Source of the DNA: Octopus vulgaris
Lineage: Eukaryota
Reading direction: 5' to 3'
Length of the DNA: 64,000 nucleotides
Assembly: GCA_951406725.2 (NCBI GenBank)
Contig: OX597822.1
Coordinates: 59,954,001 to 60,018,000, forward strand
Below, piece by piece: positions 28,109 through 39,920 of this stretch. How positions within the stretch are numbered: the first letter of the stretch is position 1; the number at the start of each line of letters is the position of its first letter. The notes below the pieces were generated by a model. The model searched no databases, was not told where the DNA came from, and was given only the letters and a program-made list of their open reading frames with translations. The translations under genes were made by a program, and so were the position numbers.

Positions 28109-28191
28109 GTGATAATGTCATTGATTTGAATAAGACATTTATCGGTACAGCACGTAATCCGATCACGTACCTGATTAGACAGCCGTTTCAG
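28109..28191 (+). CDS. Exon 3: MNNL/C2 middle, (G)DNVIDLNKTFIGTARNPITYLIRQPFQ
   Basis: Acceptor aattttag, donor CAG|GTAAGT, phase 1 to 0. NP motif at the position of the Delta 'NPI..PF.F.WP' segment. Confidence 0.85.
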
Positions 28192-28794
28192 GTAAGTGTT
28201 TGGATTTGGAAAGAGATGTTTCTTAAAATATAATTTCTTAAGATTGTTAGTTTCATTGCTACGTGACAAGAAGATGTTTTCCTCTCTGTCTTCTTGTGAA
28301 GATAACTGGATAGCAATCCCAATTTAAATCATGCTACGAAATATACCAGAATAATATTTTCCTGAGTTCCAAAAAGTGGCATGATGTATTTACATTTATT
28401 TAATTTCCAAGGGAGGCGTTATGAATTATTGGATGACTACATTAAATTTATCTTAGATTTTCTAATACATGCTTAAGAATAAAATTTTACATATTGAATA
28501 ACGTTGCCAGTTAATGAAAATTATGGTAATCAGTCTAACCATTTTAACTAGTTTTTTTTCGTTTGTTACTGATTTAAATACTTATTGCTATCAAGTGTAA
28601 TATATGTGCTGAATTGTAAGGAAGGCTCTTATTCTCTGAAGGAGGAATGACCAGTCTTGAAATATTTCTGTGAAATCTCTTTTTTATTATTATTACTTAT
28701 TTTGTATTCATAGATTATACTGTTTTATCTACAGGTGTTTACTTTCCATAGTAAGTTGCATTATAAACTGCAAACTTACTATATTAAGTTTATC

Positions 28795-28895
<101 letters not shown>

Positions 28896-29960
28896 CATGT
28901 GTATTAAAAAATTGACACACACACATACTTATGAAACTACAATCCACTCACTGATATGTGTTGCATTAACTGACTGGAAGACATAACTGGATCTTGAGAT
29001 TTATCGACCTCTGATCCAAAAGATATTATAGATAGATAGCATGTCCGTAGAACGATGTTATGAGGTTCTCGCGCTAACAATACTACAGAACTTTACTGAT
29101 ATCTTGAGCTTATGACAAAGGTAGGAAATACAAAAGACCATTGATGAGTTAAGACAGCAACAGGCTGAATATCTTGTTCTACGAAAACTACAGTAGTGAT
29201 CACATAGAAAAGGGAGAAATCAGAACTGAAAGGTTGCTGTTTACAAATTGTTCTATTTTCCTTGCTGTGTTGAAAGAGAAGATATGTGGGCAGCAGTTAG
29301 ATTAGATGCTTTAATACTTCTTGGGGAAAGATAATATTGTGGTATTTCTTAGATTGTGACAGACAGATCGCGACAGATTGGAAAGTCTGATAATAATAGC
29401 ATTTACCTTTTCAGCTCACTATTTATCATATTGCTTCCTCCATGAGGTGTTACATTGGCCAACCGAAAAGCACTTCAGATGTTACCGACTTAAATGAAAA
29501 CTGCTGGCCTTCGTGTCTAAATTAGAAGCGATTATTATAGACTGACTATTGGTTCATTGTTTTACAGCAAGGTCAGAGTCAGAGGCGATTTACTTGCTCG
29601 TGGGTAAATCAATTCCTTTCCCTTATATCACTAATGCTTACGAAACAAGCATGAATATAAGTGCGTTCGCACTTTCCAAAACTGAGACCTTCTGACAACA
29701 TAAGAACTAATATTACTGAGTTTCCTGCTGTTATTTACATGTGTTATATAGGCGAAACAACGATCGTTCTTCTCCACAAATATATAAATCAACGCTATAA
29801 TAACATAATAAAACATATGTGAAGGTATTCACGATTATATATTAGATTTTCAATAATTTATTTGTTTATCAATTAATGTATTGAATATCCTATAATTAAT
29901 TAATGTATTGAATAATCTATAAATCTGCTACGCTACGGAAACCCACGCGTGTATGCGTGT

Positions 29961-30005
<45 letters not shown>

Positions 30006-30160
30006 CATGTGAGTGTGAGAGAGAGAGAGAGAGAACAACAGAAACAGAGAGAGTGAAGAAGAGAGAGAGTAAGTATGCGTGTGTTTACGTTTATATTGTC
30101 ATTGTTCTATCTGATAGTACAAATTTCCAATAATACATACCGTCAAACCTCTGTTTTCAG

Positions 30161-30328
30161 AAATTCGTTGTTTCGTTTACTGCAAAAAGCAACAACGAAT
30201 TAATAGCCGAATACGTTTACCAAAGTGGTTATTATTTACCTCAGAGAAGCGTCGAAGAAGCCAGGTATAAATTGATAACAACTCGTGGTAGTCAGAATCC
30301 TACTACTCAACTGACCTACCAAATTCGA
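30161..30328 (+). CDS. Exon 4: C2 domain C-part, KFVVSFTAKSNNELIAEY...TQLTYQIR
   Basis: Acceptor ctgttttcag, donor CGA|GTAAGT, phase 0 to 0, 56 open codons. Ends with L.Y..R, as precedes DSL domains. Confidence 0.85.
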
Positions 30329-31209
30329 GTAAGTACTTTAACTATCATTGTTGGCCAGGAATATCTAGGTATTATTCTATGCCACACATCTTAACTGATT
30401 TGAGCGTTTATCATTCTGATATGTGATGCTGCAGCAGCCTATTGCTCTGAGCGAAGAGCACAAATATCCATGGTTAAAAATCCTTGACAATTACTCACAT
30501 TTCTTGCATTTCTTCTCTGTGTACATATGTATTCTAGGTTATGGGCGCACTCTATCGTACAGTAGTTCATATGCAGATGGTATTGAAAATACCTGGCATT
30601 ATTTTTGTGTCCAAACTACACTTTAAAAAAAATATATATATATTCAAAATCTTTAGAAACGCGGAAATGATTCTATGAACGCATAACGAAGCCTAAAATC
30701 GAAACCTTACTGCTTTAGTAACTAGCAGCAAACCATACTTATATCAGTGACGTGCCATGAATACCAACACGTAGCAATGGGCGAAATACCACTCAGCATT
30801 TCGTCCAGCATGCAAACGATTCTGCCAGCTCACCAATTAATAAAAACTCGTACACTAAAGCCACAAACCTTTATACTTTTAAAACAGTCTGTTTGTGAGC
30901 AAAATATCAGAAGTCTTATATAACCATTCTCTTTTCGAATGTCTTAGAATGTCTTAGAATGCAACTGAACCCTGGGTTAAATAAATCGTCGACTATAATG
31001 AACAGGGTATTTCTCTCGCTTCTCACGCGAAGCTAGTAATTTCTGCTATTAATGTAACTATTAACGTAACTATTAACTTCATTTACTTCTAAGTACACCA
31101 CAGTCAACTACCGGCAAGTCAGTGTGTCATAATGTAAATATTGCGGTTTAAACAACGTTAGAGCGGTTTCATTATGGAAGAGCATGCAGTCTTAGTACCA
31201 TACCAATTA

Positions 31210-31430
31210 ATTCTTTCTATTATAAGCACAAGGCCTGAAATTGGGGTGAGGGGGCCAGTTGATTAGATCGACCCCAGTAAACAACTGCTACTTAATTTAT
31301 CGATCCCGAAAGGATAAAAGGCTAAGTCGGCCTCGGGTTTAAGAGGTAGATGCGGGATTTGGAGTGGAAAACGAAGTACCGCTCAGCATTTCGTTCAGCG
31401 TGCTAACGATTCTGCCAGCTCGCCACCTTA
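31210..31430 (-). mobile_element. SINE of a second family; related copies at ~30780-30835 and 37725-37925
   Basis: Shared core gatcgaccccagt..caactg.tacttaatttatcga.ccc.gaaaggat.aaa and head ...gctaacgattctgccagctcgcc. Confidence 0.75.
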
Positions 31431-31579
31431 TACCTTACCAATTATTAAAAACTCGTACACCAAAGCCACAAACCTTTATACTTTTAAAACAGTCTGTTTG
31501 TGAGCAAAATATCAGAAGTTTTATATAACCATTCTCTTGTCGAATGTCTTAGAATGTCTTTGTTGTTGTTTTACTTCAG

Positions 31580-31724
31580 AGTTATTGTAGCCAAGGCTAT
31601 TATGGTACGAACTGCATAACAAGGTGTTATATTCCCACCAGCGAGCAAACGAGGTTTCAGTGTGATATTAACGGTCAAAAAGTCTGCAAGCCTGGTTTTA
31701 CTGGTCCATTCTGCCCTCCCGATG
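31580..31724 (+). CDS. Exon 5: DSL domain
   Basis: SYCSQGYYGTNCITRCYIPTSEQTRFQCDINGQKVCKPGFTGPFCPPD matches the DSL pattern C-x3-YYG-x2-C-x3-C-x11-C-x3-G-x3-C-x2-G-(W/F)-x-G-x2-C. Acceptor ttacttcag, donor G|GTACGT. Confidence 0.93.
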
Positions 31725-32517
31725 GTACGTGTTTATTATTTCTGTCTCTTTAAATCATGAATTCAAATCCTGCCTGGATCAGTTCTCCCTTTAGCTTCCT
31801 GGGTTCAATAAAATGGGACCATTTTCTACCTAAAACAATTTCGGCCTTGGATTTTCTATGGGGTTAGCTAGCACTTCGATTATCTCGAATTTGCTCACTA
31901 ACACTTTAGATTCCCGGTAATCTAAAACTGAGTCATCGAAAATCAGTCATCCAATCAATTTTTTACCTCCATAAATACCTTAATTATTCATGACTATTGC
32001 ATTAATCAAGGATGTATTAAATACTCTTTAAAAAAATGTCTGTCTGAGCTGTGGTCACGACAGACGCACGTAATTGCAAGCAAACAGAACATTCCTTGTT
32101 ATACAGGGCTCCTGCTCCTTACAACAGAAAACTACACTGCTACATAATACCTATTTACAGCGAAGAATTTAAATGAATGAGAGTTAAATATTTTTGTTAT
32201 TATTCTCAGTGCAGCACTAGTGATTAATAAATGATGTTGTCACACATTCAACAGCAGACTGACTCGGTATCGACTCGATTGGCCACAGCTCAATTAAAAG
32301 CATATGAATCTCTGTAATCATATATACAAATTCTCTTTTTGTGAGGTTGTAAATACATTGCTGTTAATGACGTTGATACATGAAGTTGATATATTAATGG
32401 TAATAAAGTTGATATATTAATGAAGTTGATTCACTTTTATTTTATCGAATTTCATTATTTAAATAAATTGAAAGAAAATATATGCGTAAAAGACATGTAT
32501 CGTCATTGCTTTTTCAG

Positions 32518-32628
32518 CTGATCAATGTCGCAGTGCTCCGTGTAAAAACAGTGGGACTTGTGTCTCAATGGGCTCTACGTTTAGATGCATCTGCAAAGAG
32601 GGATACACAGGACCAAATTGTATTAACG
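32518..32628 (+). CDS. Exon 6: EGF repeat 1
   Basis: (A)DQCRSAPCKNSGTCVSMGSTFRCICKEGYTGPNCIN; phase 1-1; acceptor tttttcag, donor G|GTATTA. Confidence 0.92.
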
Positions 32629-33317
32629 GTATTAACTTTTTTCTATTGACTTGTAAACTTTATTTGTAGGAATTCGAGACACTGTTTAATTGTAACAATC
32701 GCGAAACTATCAATGTCTATTTCATTTTAGGTATAATAATGATATTAATTGAATCTATCTCATAGAATAAACTCTTTTTAACGTGGGCATCTTTAACATA
32801 TGTACGCTCAGATTTGCACTTCTATATACATTATATATTTATACAGCATGCCATCTGGTTCTACGTGTATTCCACCTGCAGGTGTGTTATATAATTCCTC
32901 AAAGATATTCCAAGTAGTGGTCATTTGGTCATTTCTTTAACTGGACAATAATAATTCGTTCCAAGTGAAAGTTCAACAGCTTATCATAGTTGAGTTGTTA
33001 ATTTATTACTCTAGTTGAAAGTTAATGTCTAGTTCTATTTTGATTAATAACATGTAGATATGAGTGGATAATTAATACGTTAAAATAAATGGAAGTACAA
33101 ATTTAAAAGTAGATATGCATTTAACTGTCGAACAATTTGTTGTTATTTAAGCAGGTTAAATTTAACTGCTTCGACAAGGTATTAATAATACTCCCTAAAA
33201 GAAACAAACTATTAAATATGCATGATATTGCAATACCTCTGGTGTTCTAAACTGGAATGAGTTTTCAAAGCAAACATTAACGAAGTGAAAAAATGGGTTA
33301 ATAATGATTTATTTCAG

Positions 33318-33437
33318 GCATCGACGACTGCAAGCGGGCGTCATCACCTTGTTTAAATGGAGGTACGTGCGTTGACGGAATTAATAGCTATTACTGCAAA
33401 TGTGCATATGGTTATACGGGATCCAAATGCGAGAATG
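33318..33437 (+). CDS. Exon 7: calcium-binding-type EGF repeat 2
   Basis: (G)[39 protein letters not shown]; phase 1-1; acceptor atttcag, donor G|GTAAGA. Confidence 0.93.
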
Positions 33438-33865
33438 GTAAGAATCATGAATTTCTATTTGAAATTACATCACTATAATAAACTAATGCCAACATTTCAG
33501 CAAATGTAAGTATTGCAAACAATTTAGTCATCAAGTTCCATGGTAAACTGAGAAATACCAACTGTCTCCGAAGATATGTCTAAACAAAAATTTAAAAAAA
33601 AACGAAAAACAAATACTGATTTCAGCTGATTCTATCGTCAATGTAAGTTATTTCAGCCTATTAAATATACTAAATGAATTTCTTTTCAATTTCAAATTAG
33701 AAACATGTTAGACTTTTTAAAAATATCTTTCTACTAAAATCATTTTCCTTCTTCATATATAAAGCCACATAAAAAATGTGTGACCTATCTCTTTATTTTG
33801 TTGGAAGACTAAGTCGGTAAGCGATAGGATATTCTCAAACTAGAAGATACAGGAGGTTGCTAATA

Positions 33866-34096
33866 CAGTAATCTCTCGGCATATCACGGTTCACCCATTA
33901 CAGTTTATTTTTCGAGCTTACGTCGATTCCTCCGTAGTGTTGTTTTGCATTTACAACATAAATGCATTTATAAAATAAATATATACAAATTATAAAAATA
34001 ATAATAAAAATATACAGTGCTGCTCTTACTTCGTAGATTTTCACCTATCGATGGAGGTTTTGGAATGTCAAATACGCGATAGTCGAGGTATTACTG
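33866..34096. mobile_element. Tigger/pogo-like MITE
   Basis: Imperfect terminal inverted repeats CAGTAATCTCTCGGCATATCACG / CGCGATAGTCGAGGTATTACTG, with TA on both sides. Confidence 0.7.
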
Positions 34097-35020
34097 TATA
34101 TCACATTAACATTCGTGAGGTAAAAGGTCTTTATAATTACTGTTTGTAATATGATGATCGGGTTTAAGAGGTAGAAGCGGGATTTGGAGTGGAACACGTA
34201 AGCATGACACGTGTGCAACTCGGAGAGGTGAGGAAGAAGGTTCATCTAGCAAGTTAAGAATGTCCCTATTAAAGCTAAAAACGAACTAGCCAGTGGTTAG
34301 ATTTGAAGATTTCTAATAAGCTGGAATACATCTATAAGCATACAAAGAAGTCAGAGATTAATGGTGTCCAACATAGATATGAGAGACACATTCCATACTG
34401 AGTGAAATCTGGATCTCACATAACCTAATTTCTACCAGTAAATAAAGCCTATATTCGCAATTGTATTGAATACCACATCGTATATTAATTTCGGCATTGG
34501 GATTACATAGTACAAAAAGATATTTAGAAAAGTAAAACACAAAAATCATTCAAACGAAGTGAAATATATTATCATTGTCTGGCAGTCGTTTGCTTAATAC
34601 ATCTTTATTTCTATTATCAGATGTTTTTATCTTAAATACATTTCTATTTGAGGATAATTTTTGACGTTTTGTAGATGACCTGTAGGCTGAATTAGTAATT
34701 GTAAATCAATCGTGCTGATCGGTAGTGATTTTTACTCCATAACGATAATACTGTATTAAACAGGTCTGCCATAGTTATAGTTACTTATAAGACGTCTTAA
34801 GTGTGCTAGCATTGTAACCGAGTTGTAATTTAGAGCAGAATGAAAAACACACACAACATTATCTTATTTACAAAACTGAATATTTTCGTGTTTGTATTTA
34901 AGTAAGGCATTTATGGATTTAGTGAATGTTGTTTTATTAATAGTAAATCAAGTAGATTTATTCTGTTAATTTGTTTTTGTTTTTAATTTAATCTGTACAT
35001 TTATTTCTTTTTGAATCTAG

Positions 35021-35239
35021 TTCTTTCAGCATGTTTGTCAGCACCTTGTATGAACGGTGGTCAATGTTCGAATGCAGGTACCTCATTTGTGTGCCATTGT
35101 CTTCCTAACTTTTACGGTCATCGTTGTCAATTTGATAAATGTCGCTCAGTGACTTGCCTAAATGGTGGCCGATGTACTACAACTAATTTTGTTGCGAAAT
35201 GTATTTGCCCACTTCACTTTAAAGGAAAATATTGTGAAG
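35021..35239 (+). CDS. Exon 8: EGF repeats 3 and 4
   Basis: (V)LSACLSAPCMNGGQCSNAGTSFVCHCLPNFYGHRCQFDKCRSVTCLNGGRCTTTNFVAKCICPLHFKGKYCE; donor G|GTAAGC. An alternative in-frame acceptor lies at 35030. Confidence 0.92.
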
Positions 35240-35636
35240 GTAAGCATAGCTGTTTAATGTTACATTATTTGCGCTAGTAAACCGAATCCCTACTTCGATT
35301 TTGATTTCTAGCGACCACCTTTTCGCTTTACTTAGGTCATTTATGAGTTCAAAAATTGTATGGACATTAATTAGAATATACAATTCCTTATTTCTATCTT
35401 GTCAAGAAATTAATGTAAAGCTAAAATACTATCAAACATAATTTCAATATTTAACAATTTTAAAACTTTTAATAACTTTGATAATCAGATATTCGAAATT
35501 TAGATTTTTCTTCGTGAATTTCTTATACAGTTCTGAAATTTTGAAAAGTTCCTGATGTTCTTGAAATCAGGCTACTTAGTCGGTCATTACCTTCTTCCAG
35601 CCTCTGGAAACGACCAGTTCAAATCGCTTTTGTTTA

Positions 35637-36015
35637 TCTCTTATTATAAAAGGCAGATTTTATCTGCCTCCCTTTGTATCTTATAGAAATCTACAATATA
35701 GGATTTCTTCAATTACAATTTACCTAGAATTTTTAAGAGTAGAATGCATCGGGTCGTGCCAGGTCCAGTTTTTAAAATTTCAACCCCAATTAAGCAAAAT
35801 TTAGAGAAAACTCACATTGTGGTGTATAAGTCAAATGCTTTTCTTAGTGTGGCCTACACCACACGCACACGCACACACACAGTGTGCAACGAATAAAGTG
35901 AAAGTAATTCACTTTTTGTACTGAGTGACTCTTTCACTCTGCATTCCCACTTCCTCTTTACACACCTAGACACGCAAATATATAAATAAAATTGTAAGCT
36001 AACATGTGTGTGTGC

Positions 36016-36059
<44 letters not shown>

Positions 36060-37462
36060 TGTGTGTGTGTGTGTGTGCGTGTGCGTGAGTGTGTGACAGG
36101 AAAGTTTTTTAGGACGAATATAAGACCTATATCCAAGTAGCAGAAAGATCGCCCAAAAGTGTATATAGATATTTAAATGTATTTATATATTCATCTATAC
36201 ACAGATGTATGTATAATGTGTGTGTATATATTTCCATAGAGGTAACCTTTCACTCCATACAAAGTTTTTTAGGACGAATATAAAATCTAAAGTATATACA
36301 AGTAGCAGAAAGATCGCCCAAAAGTGTATATAGATATTTAAATGTATTTATATATTCATCTATACACAGATGTATGTATAATGTGTGTGTATATATTTCC
36401 ATAGACGTAACCATTCACTCCGCACAAAGTTTTTTAGGACGAAAATAAGATCTAAAGTTATCTCTAAGTAGCACAAAGATCGGATCGCCCAAAAGTGTAT
36501 ATAGATATTTAAATGTATTTATATATTCATCTATACACACATGTATGTATAATGTGCGTGTATATATTTCCATAGAGGTAACCATTCAATCCATACAAAG
36601 TTTTTTAGGACGAAAATATTTATATATAAAAGAAAGGTTGTGTGTCTGTCTACTCCGATTTAGATTCCTAACTACTCCCACATTTTGCGATGCAGTTTAA
36701 CCAAAACCGGGTATCTTATAGTCGTGATTCATATCGAGCCCTTCTGGGTATTAGCGCGCGTCTACGATGAGTCTATGATTTTACAAATAATTTACCATCA
36801 TTTTTTTCATTTTAATGCATATTTTTTTAAATAAAGGGAAGTAACTCTCAAACTTCACACCAATATGCGTGCTCATATGCGACGTAATATCACATCAGCA
36901 GCATTTCCTCACACCCTCCTTGCACTTGGCGAAGGCAAAATACCAGGGGATGAAAATGGTAATATTGCCATCGATTCCATTTCTACCATTGTTAAGACGC
37001 CTTCTGATCTCAGAGATGCAGTGTTCCCAGATCTACAAGCTAATTATCAGAATATGGATTGGATTGGCAAAAAGGCTTTACTGGCCCCGAGGAATAAAAC
37101 TGTTCACCATATTAATGATGAAATGCTAAAACTCATTCCTGGGCAAGTCTATGTATATCAGTCTATCGATACAACTCCTGACCCAGAGGACGTCATCAAC
37201 TATCCAATAGAGGTACTCAATTCCTTTGAGCACCCCGGACTACCACCACACTTTCTCAAACTTAAAGTTGAAGCCCCTATAATGCTCATCAGAAATTTGG
37301 TTCCCCCAAAACAATGCAATGGCACACGTTTGATCGTTAATTCCTTATCTCCCACCGTAAACTTATATCAATATTTGCCTGAATAATCATCATAATTCAG
37401 TGCAATCATTAACAGTACTTTCAAGCAATTCAGCCCCGAGCAACACCGGGCAATTCTGCTAG
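35637..37462 (+). mobile_element. Internally deleted Helitron with a PIF1-helicase fragment
   Basis: A|TCTCTTATTATAAAA start; 3' hairpin CCCG...CGGG followed by CTAG|T. ORF 36865-37386 has LLALGEG, LAPRN, PPH.LKLK, PIMLIRNL and CNGTRLIV. Confidence 0.88.
36101..36616 (+). repeat. ~160-170-bp tandem repeat (3 units) inside the Helitron
   Basis: aaagttttttaggacgaa recurs at ~36101, 36261, 36426 and 36597. Confidence 0.9.
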
Positions 37463-38182
37463 TTGCACGTATAAAGCTTTCATTTGAATATCAGTGGAAA
37501 AATTTGTCTCCGTTGAAATTTTAAATTGTCTTTCTGCTTTGAATAAGAATAGAACACATAAATAAATAAACAGATATACTAAGTTAACTGTATTAAAGGA
37601 ACTGATGGAAATATATCAGGGAAGCATTCCGCTTACAAAAGCAAATATCAGAAGTGAATTTGCAGCTACTGGAGTTATCTCATCTACCTTACAATTTTTT
37701 CTTTTTAAATTTTTAATATTCTTAATTAATTCTAAACACGAGGCCCGAATAATGGGGGAAGGGGGATTGTCGATTATATCGACCCCAGTACGCAACTGGT
37801 GCTTAATTTATCGACCCTGAAAGGATGAAATGCGAAGCCGACCTCGGCATAATTTGAACTCAGAATGTAAAGACGGACAAAATACCGCTAAACATTTCGC
37901 TTGGCGTGCTAACATTTCAGCCAATTTTTAATTTAAAATATTACTTGAAGAATTTTTGTTTCTTAATCCAAGATTAATTTTAGTTGATAAGCGTTTCCCA
38001 ATTCTGAGACATATGGTTTATGACCGTTTTTATCTCATGAAAGCAGCAATTAAACTTCCTTTTCTGGGTAATATGTGTGCTTGTAATTTTGCAATTTGTG
38101 TGCTATGTGTTTGTGTGTGTACGAAATTATATGTGTATAAATGAAACTAATACGACTTTTGATTTATATTATTCTTTTGCAG

Positions 38183-38198
38183 TACCAGCCCCAAGCAA
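38183..38198 (+). CDS. Candidate 16-nt microexon encoding (V)PAPS
   Basis: Strong acceptor ttattcttttgcag and a consensus GTAAGT donor 16 nt apart. It is in frame with exon 8 but leaves phase 2. Confidence 0.4.
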
Positions 38199-39744
38199 GT
38201 AAGTACAGTACCTTTAATTTATTGCTAAATCCAGTGATTAATAAATGCATTTTCCATATTTGATTTGCTCAGTTAATTAACATTTATTCGGATAAATGTT
38301 AATTAATGATTATGTGTTCACATGAGTATATTTTTCATGCCTTGATAAGTGCAGGAAAAACTGCCAATAACAATTTAAAGCACCCGTGTTCGCCTGGGTC
38401 AAAGAATCTAAATGATTTCATGTTAGTACCAAGAGGGTGGGAATTCAACAAACAGAGGAAAAAAATATAACATTCTGACTAAGTTTTCTGATAGTGAGAG
38501 CTAGTATGTTTTTGTGTAAAGGTTTCACTTTCAAAATACTTTTTACAAAAAATTATCAAGTTAATAATTTTTCTTCAAAACACAAAAAACAAGAAAGAAA
38601 AATATATATTCGTTTTGAAATTTCTCAAGTCAGTTCAGTGAATATGCAAATATATTTTAGTCTCTGACTAAGATGATTTAACTCTTCCTCATGCTTTATC
38701 TTCATCAGTCGCTCTCACCAAGAGTCCATATGATCCTTGCGTGTCTGTATAAGATTCTTTTGTTAAAAATTATCTGCTATAAATCGGTTATATTTCTGCA
38801 ATGCACAAAACATTTTAACAATCTTTTTATACAATTCCTAATATCATTTAATGATAATAATATAGTAGGATCTTTTAAACATGAAATGTTTGCCAGGGTC
38901 TACCTGAATGAAATAGGAATCAGAGAGGTCCATAGACGAGAAATGGTTGAGAAACACTAATCTAAATGAATTGAGATGAGAGTTGACAAAGATGATTTTA
39001 TTTGGTTTATTTTTGTGGTGGTGGTGTTTATTTTCATTTTAGTGTATAGAACTTACACACCCATTATGCATTATCTTCTGATTAATACACACTTGTACGT
39101 GTGTGTGTGTGTGTGAGTGTTTGTGTGTGTGTGTATGTGCGTGTGTGTGTGCGTGTGTGTGTGAGTTGATGACTAAGCTTCATCCAAGTGTAATGAAGCT
39201 GAGTTGTTATGTAGAATTGTTTGTTTTTATTAAAGAGATAAAAAGGCACCAGTCTCTCTTACGAAATGATTTGGGTTTCCAAAAGCAGTTAAAGCAATTC
39301 ATCATTATTGCTTTAACATCCCCTTTTCCAAGCTTCCATAGGTCAGGCAGATAGATAAGACCTTGCAGCTGTCAGATTTTCTACAGTTGAATACCTTTTT
39401 TGCTGCCAACCCACACCCGTCTCCAAGTAAAAAAATATTTCCTGATAGCCAAACATGGTTTTACAGGAAACTGGAAATGAATAACACTGCTTCTATGAAA
39501 GTGACACTCATGTATAAACAGTCATGCAGTAGCAAGACCAGGAGACACAATCATGCATGCACACACACACATATATACATGTACATACATGTATGCACAT
39601 ATTCATACATGTATACACACACACCTCATGTTGCCAGTCTCATCAATTAAATAAATGTGATCATCGATAAATATTTACTTAATCATCAATTATATATAAT
39701 TAAAATTCATTTATTTGACAATCTTGTTCATTTTTTTTCACTAG

Positions 39745-39920
39745 GCTTCAAATGTCCTGAAACTTCAGGTCTTTTCCCTGATCCACAAAGCTGCAGACAT
39801 TTTTATCATTGCGACTGGAATATTGCCTACAGAAAGGATTGCCCTGGAAACTTGCACTTCAACAGGGAAAAGCAAGTGTGTGATTGGCAATACAGAGCCA
39901 ACTGCAATATTAGAAAATAA
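39745..39920 (+). CDS. Exon 9: CBM14/peritrophin-A chitin-binding domain and stop
   Basis: (G)FKCPETSGLFPDPQSCRHFYHCDWNIAYRKDCPGNLHFNREKQVCDWQYRANCNIRK*; phase-1 acceptor ttttttttcactag; AATAAA motifs downstream (~40195, ~40255). Confidence 0.92.

Noticed and set aside
38436-38442. GTGGGAA Su(H)/CSL-like site in the last intron
   Set aside because: A single 7-mer is expected by chance in 64 kb; no clustering or paired site.
35240-39744. A transmembrane-coding exon for the Delta-like gene in the last intron
   Set aside because: No phase-1 exon with a convincing hydrophobic helix plus basic stop-transfer was found by eye; cannot be fully excluded without RNA data.
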